A stretch of 6,418 nucleotides of DNA from Octopus sinensis (lineage: Eukaryota): contig NW_021829269.1 of NCBI RefSeq assembly GCF_006345805.1, positions 1-6,418 of the forward strand, read 5' to 3'. Position numbers and translations under genes: made by a program. Under the pieces are notes generated by a model. It was not told the origin of the DNA. It saw only the letters and a program-made list of their open reading frames with translations, and did not search any database. Shown one piece after another: positions 6,269-6,418 of the stretch. The first letter of the stretch is position 1. Every line of letters starts with the position of its first letter.

Positions 6269-6418
6269 GCTTGTATCCGAAATACATGGTTCCAGGTTCA
6301 GTTCCACTGCATGGCACCTTGGGCTAGTGTCTTCTACTATAGTCTCGGGCAGAGCAAAGCCTTGTGAATGGATCTGATAGACGGAAACTGAAAGAAGCCC
6401 GTCGTACACACACGCACA
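6263..6418 (+). mobile_element. 5' part of SINE family B running off the window end
   Basis: B-box-like GGTTCAGTTCC at 6295-6305; CORE-like caccttgggctagtgtc; gacggaaactgaaagaagcccgtcgta leading into a CA repeat, as in the recalled octopus SINE consensus. Confidence 0.88.

Larger units (their letters stand above)
5593..6378. repeat. 267-bp inverted repeat pair (5593-5859 / 6112-6378)
   Basis: Hand alignment: ungapped, 29 mismatches in 267 nt (~89% identity). Confidence 0.92.

Noticed and set aside
5629-6409. ORFs 5629-5874, 5645-5959, 6012-6317 and 6161-6409, including the apparently paralogous pair ..SGTEPG.MYF.YKLLISLLPT..
   Set aside because: The paralogy is the inverted SINE duplication, not a gene family.

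Overview
Eukaryotic, AT-rich, repeat-dense DNA with no convincing protein-coding gene. The SINE sequences and stacked di- and trinucleotide microsatellites strongly suggest an octopus (coleoid cephalopod) intron or intergenic region; this is inferred from recognised repeat sequence, not from a search. The window holds long microsatellite tracts and at least three tRNA-derived SINE families, called A, B and C here because I cannot map them securely to published names. Family A forms a head-to-tail chain on + (1321-2267) and a nested cluster at 5500-6418. There is also a possible decayed LINE ORF2 remnant at about 4270-4640. The features most worth follow-up are: (1) a 267-bp ungapped inverted duplication of a chimeric SINE-A/SINE-B unit (5593-5859 vs 6112-6378) with a mini-palindrome at the central junction; (2) an isolated ~120-nt GC-rich hairpin (4751-4871); (3) a bistable or pseudoknot-capable module inside SINE C (3901-3953); (4) a degenerate hammerhead-ribozyme-like motif (2433-2501). 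All supplied ORFs look like by-products of repeats or chance. I found no multi-gene novel system; the candidates are RNA-structure and rearrangement features.
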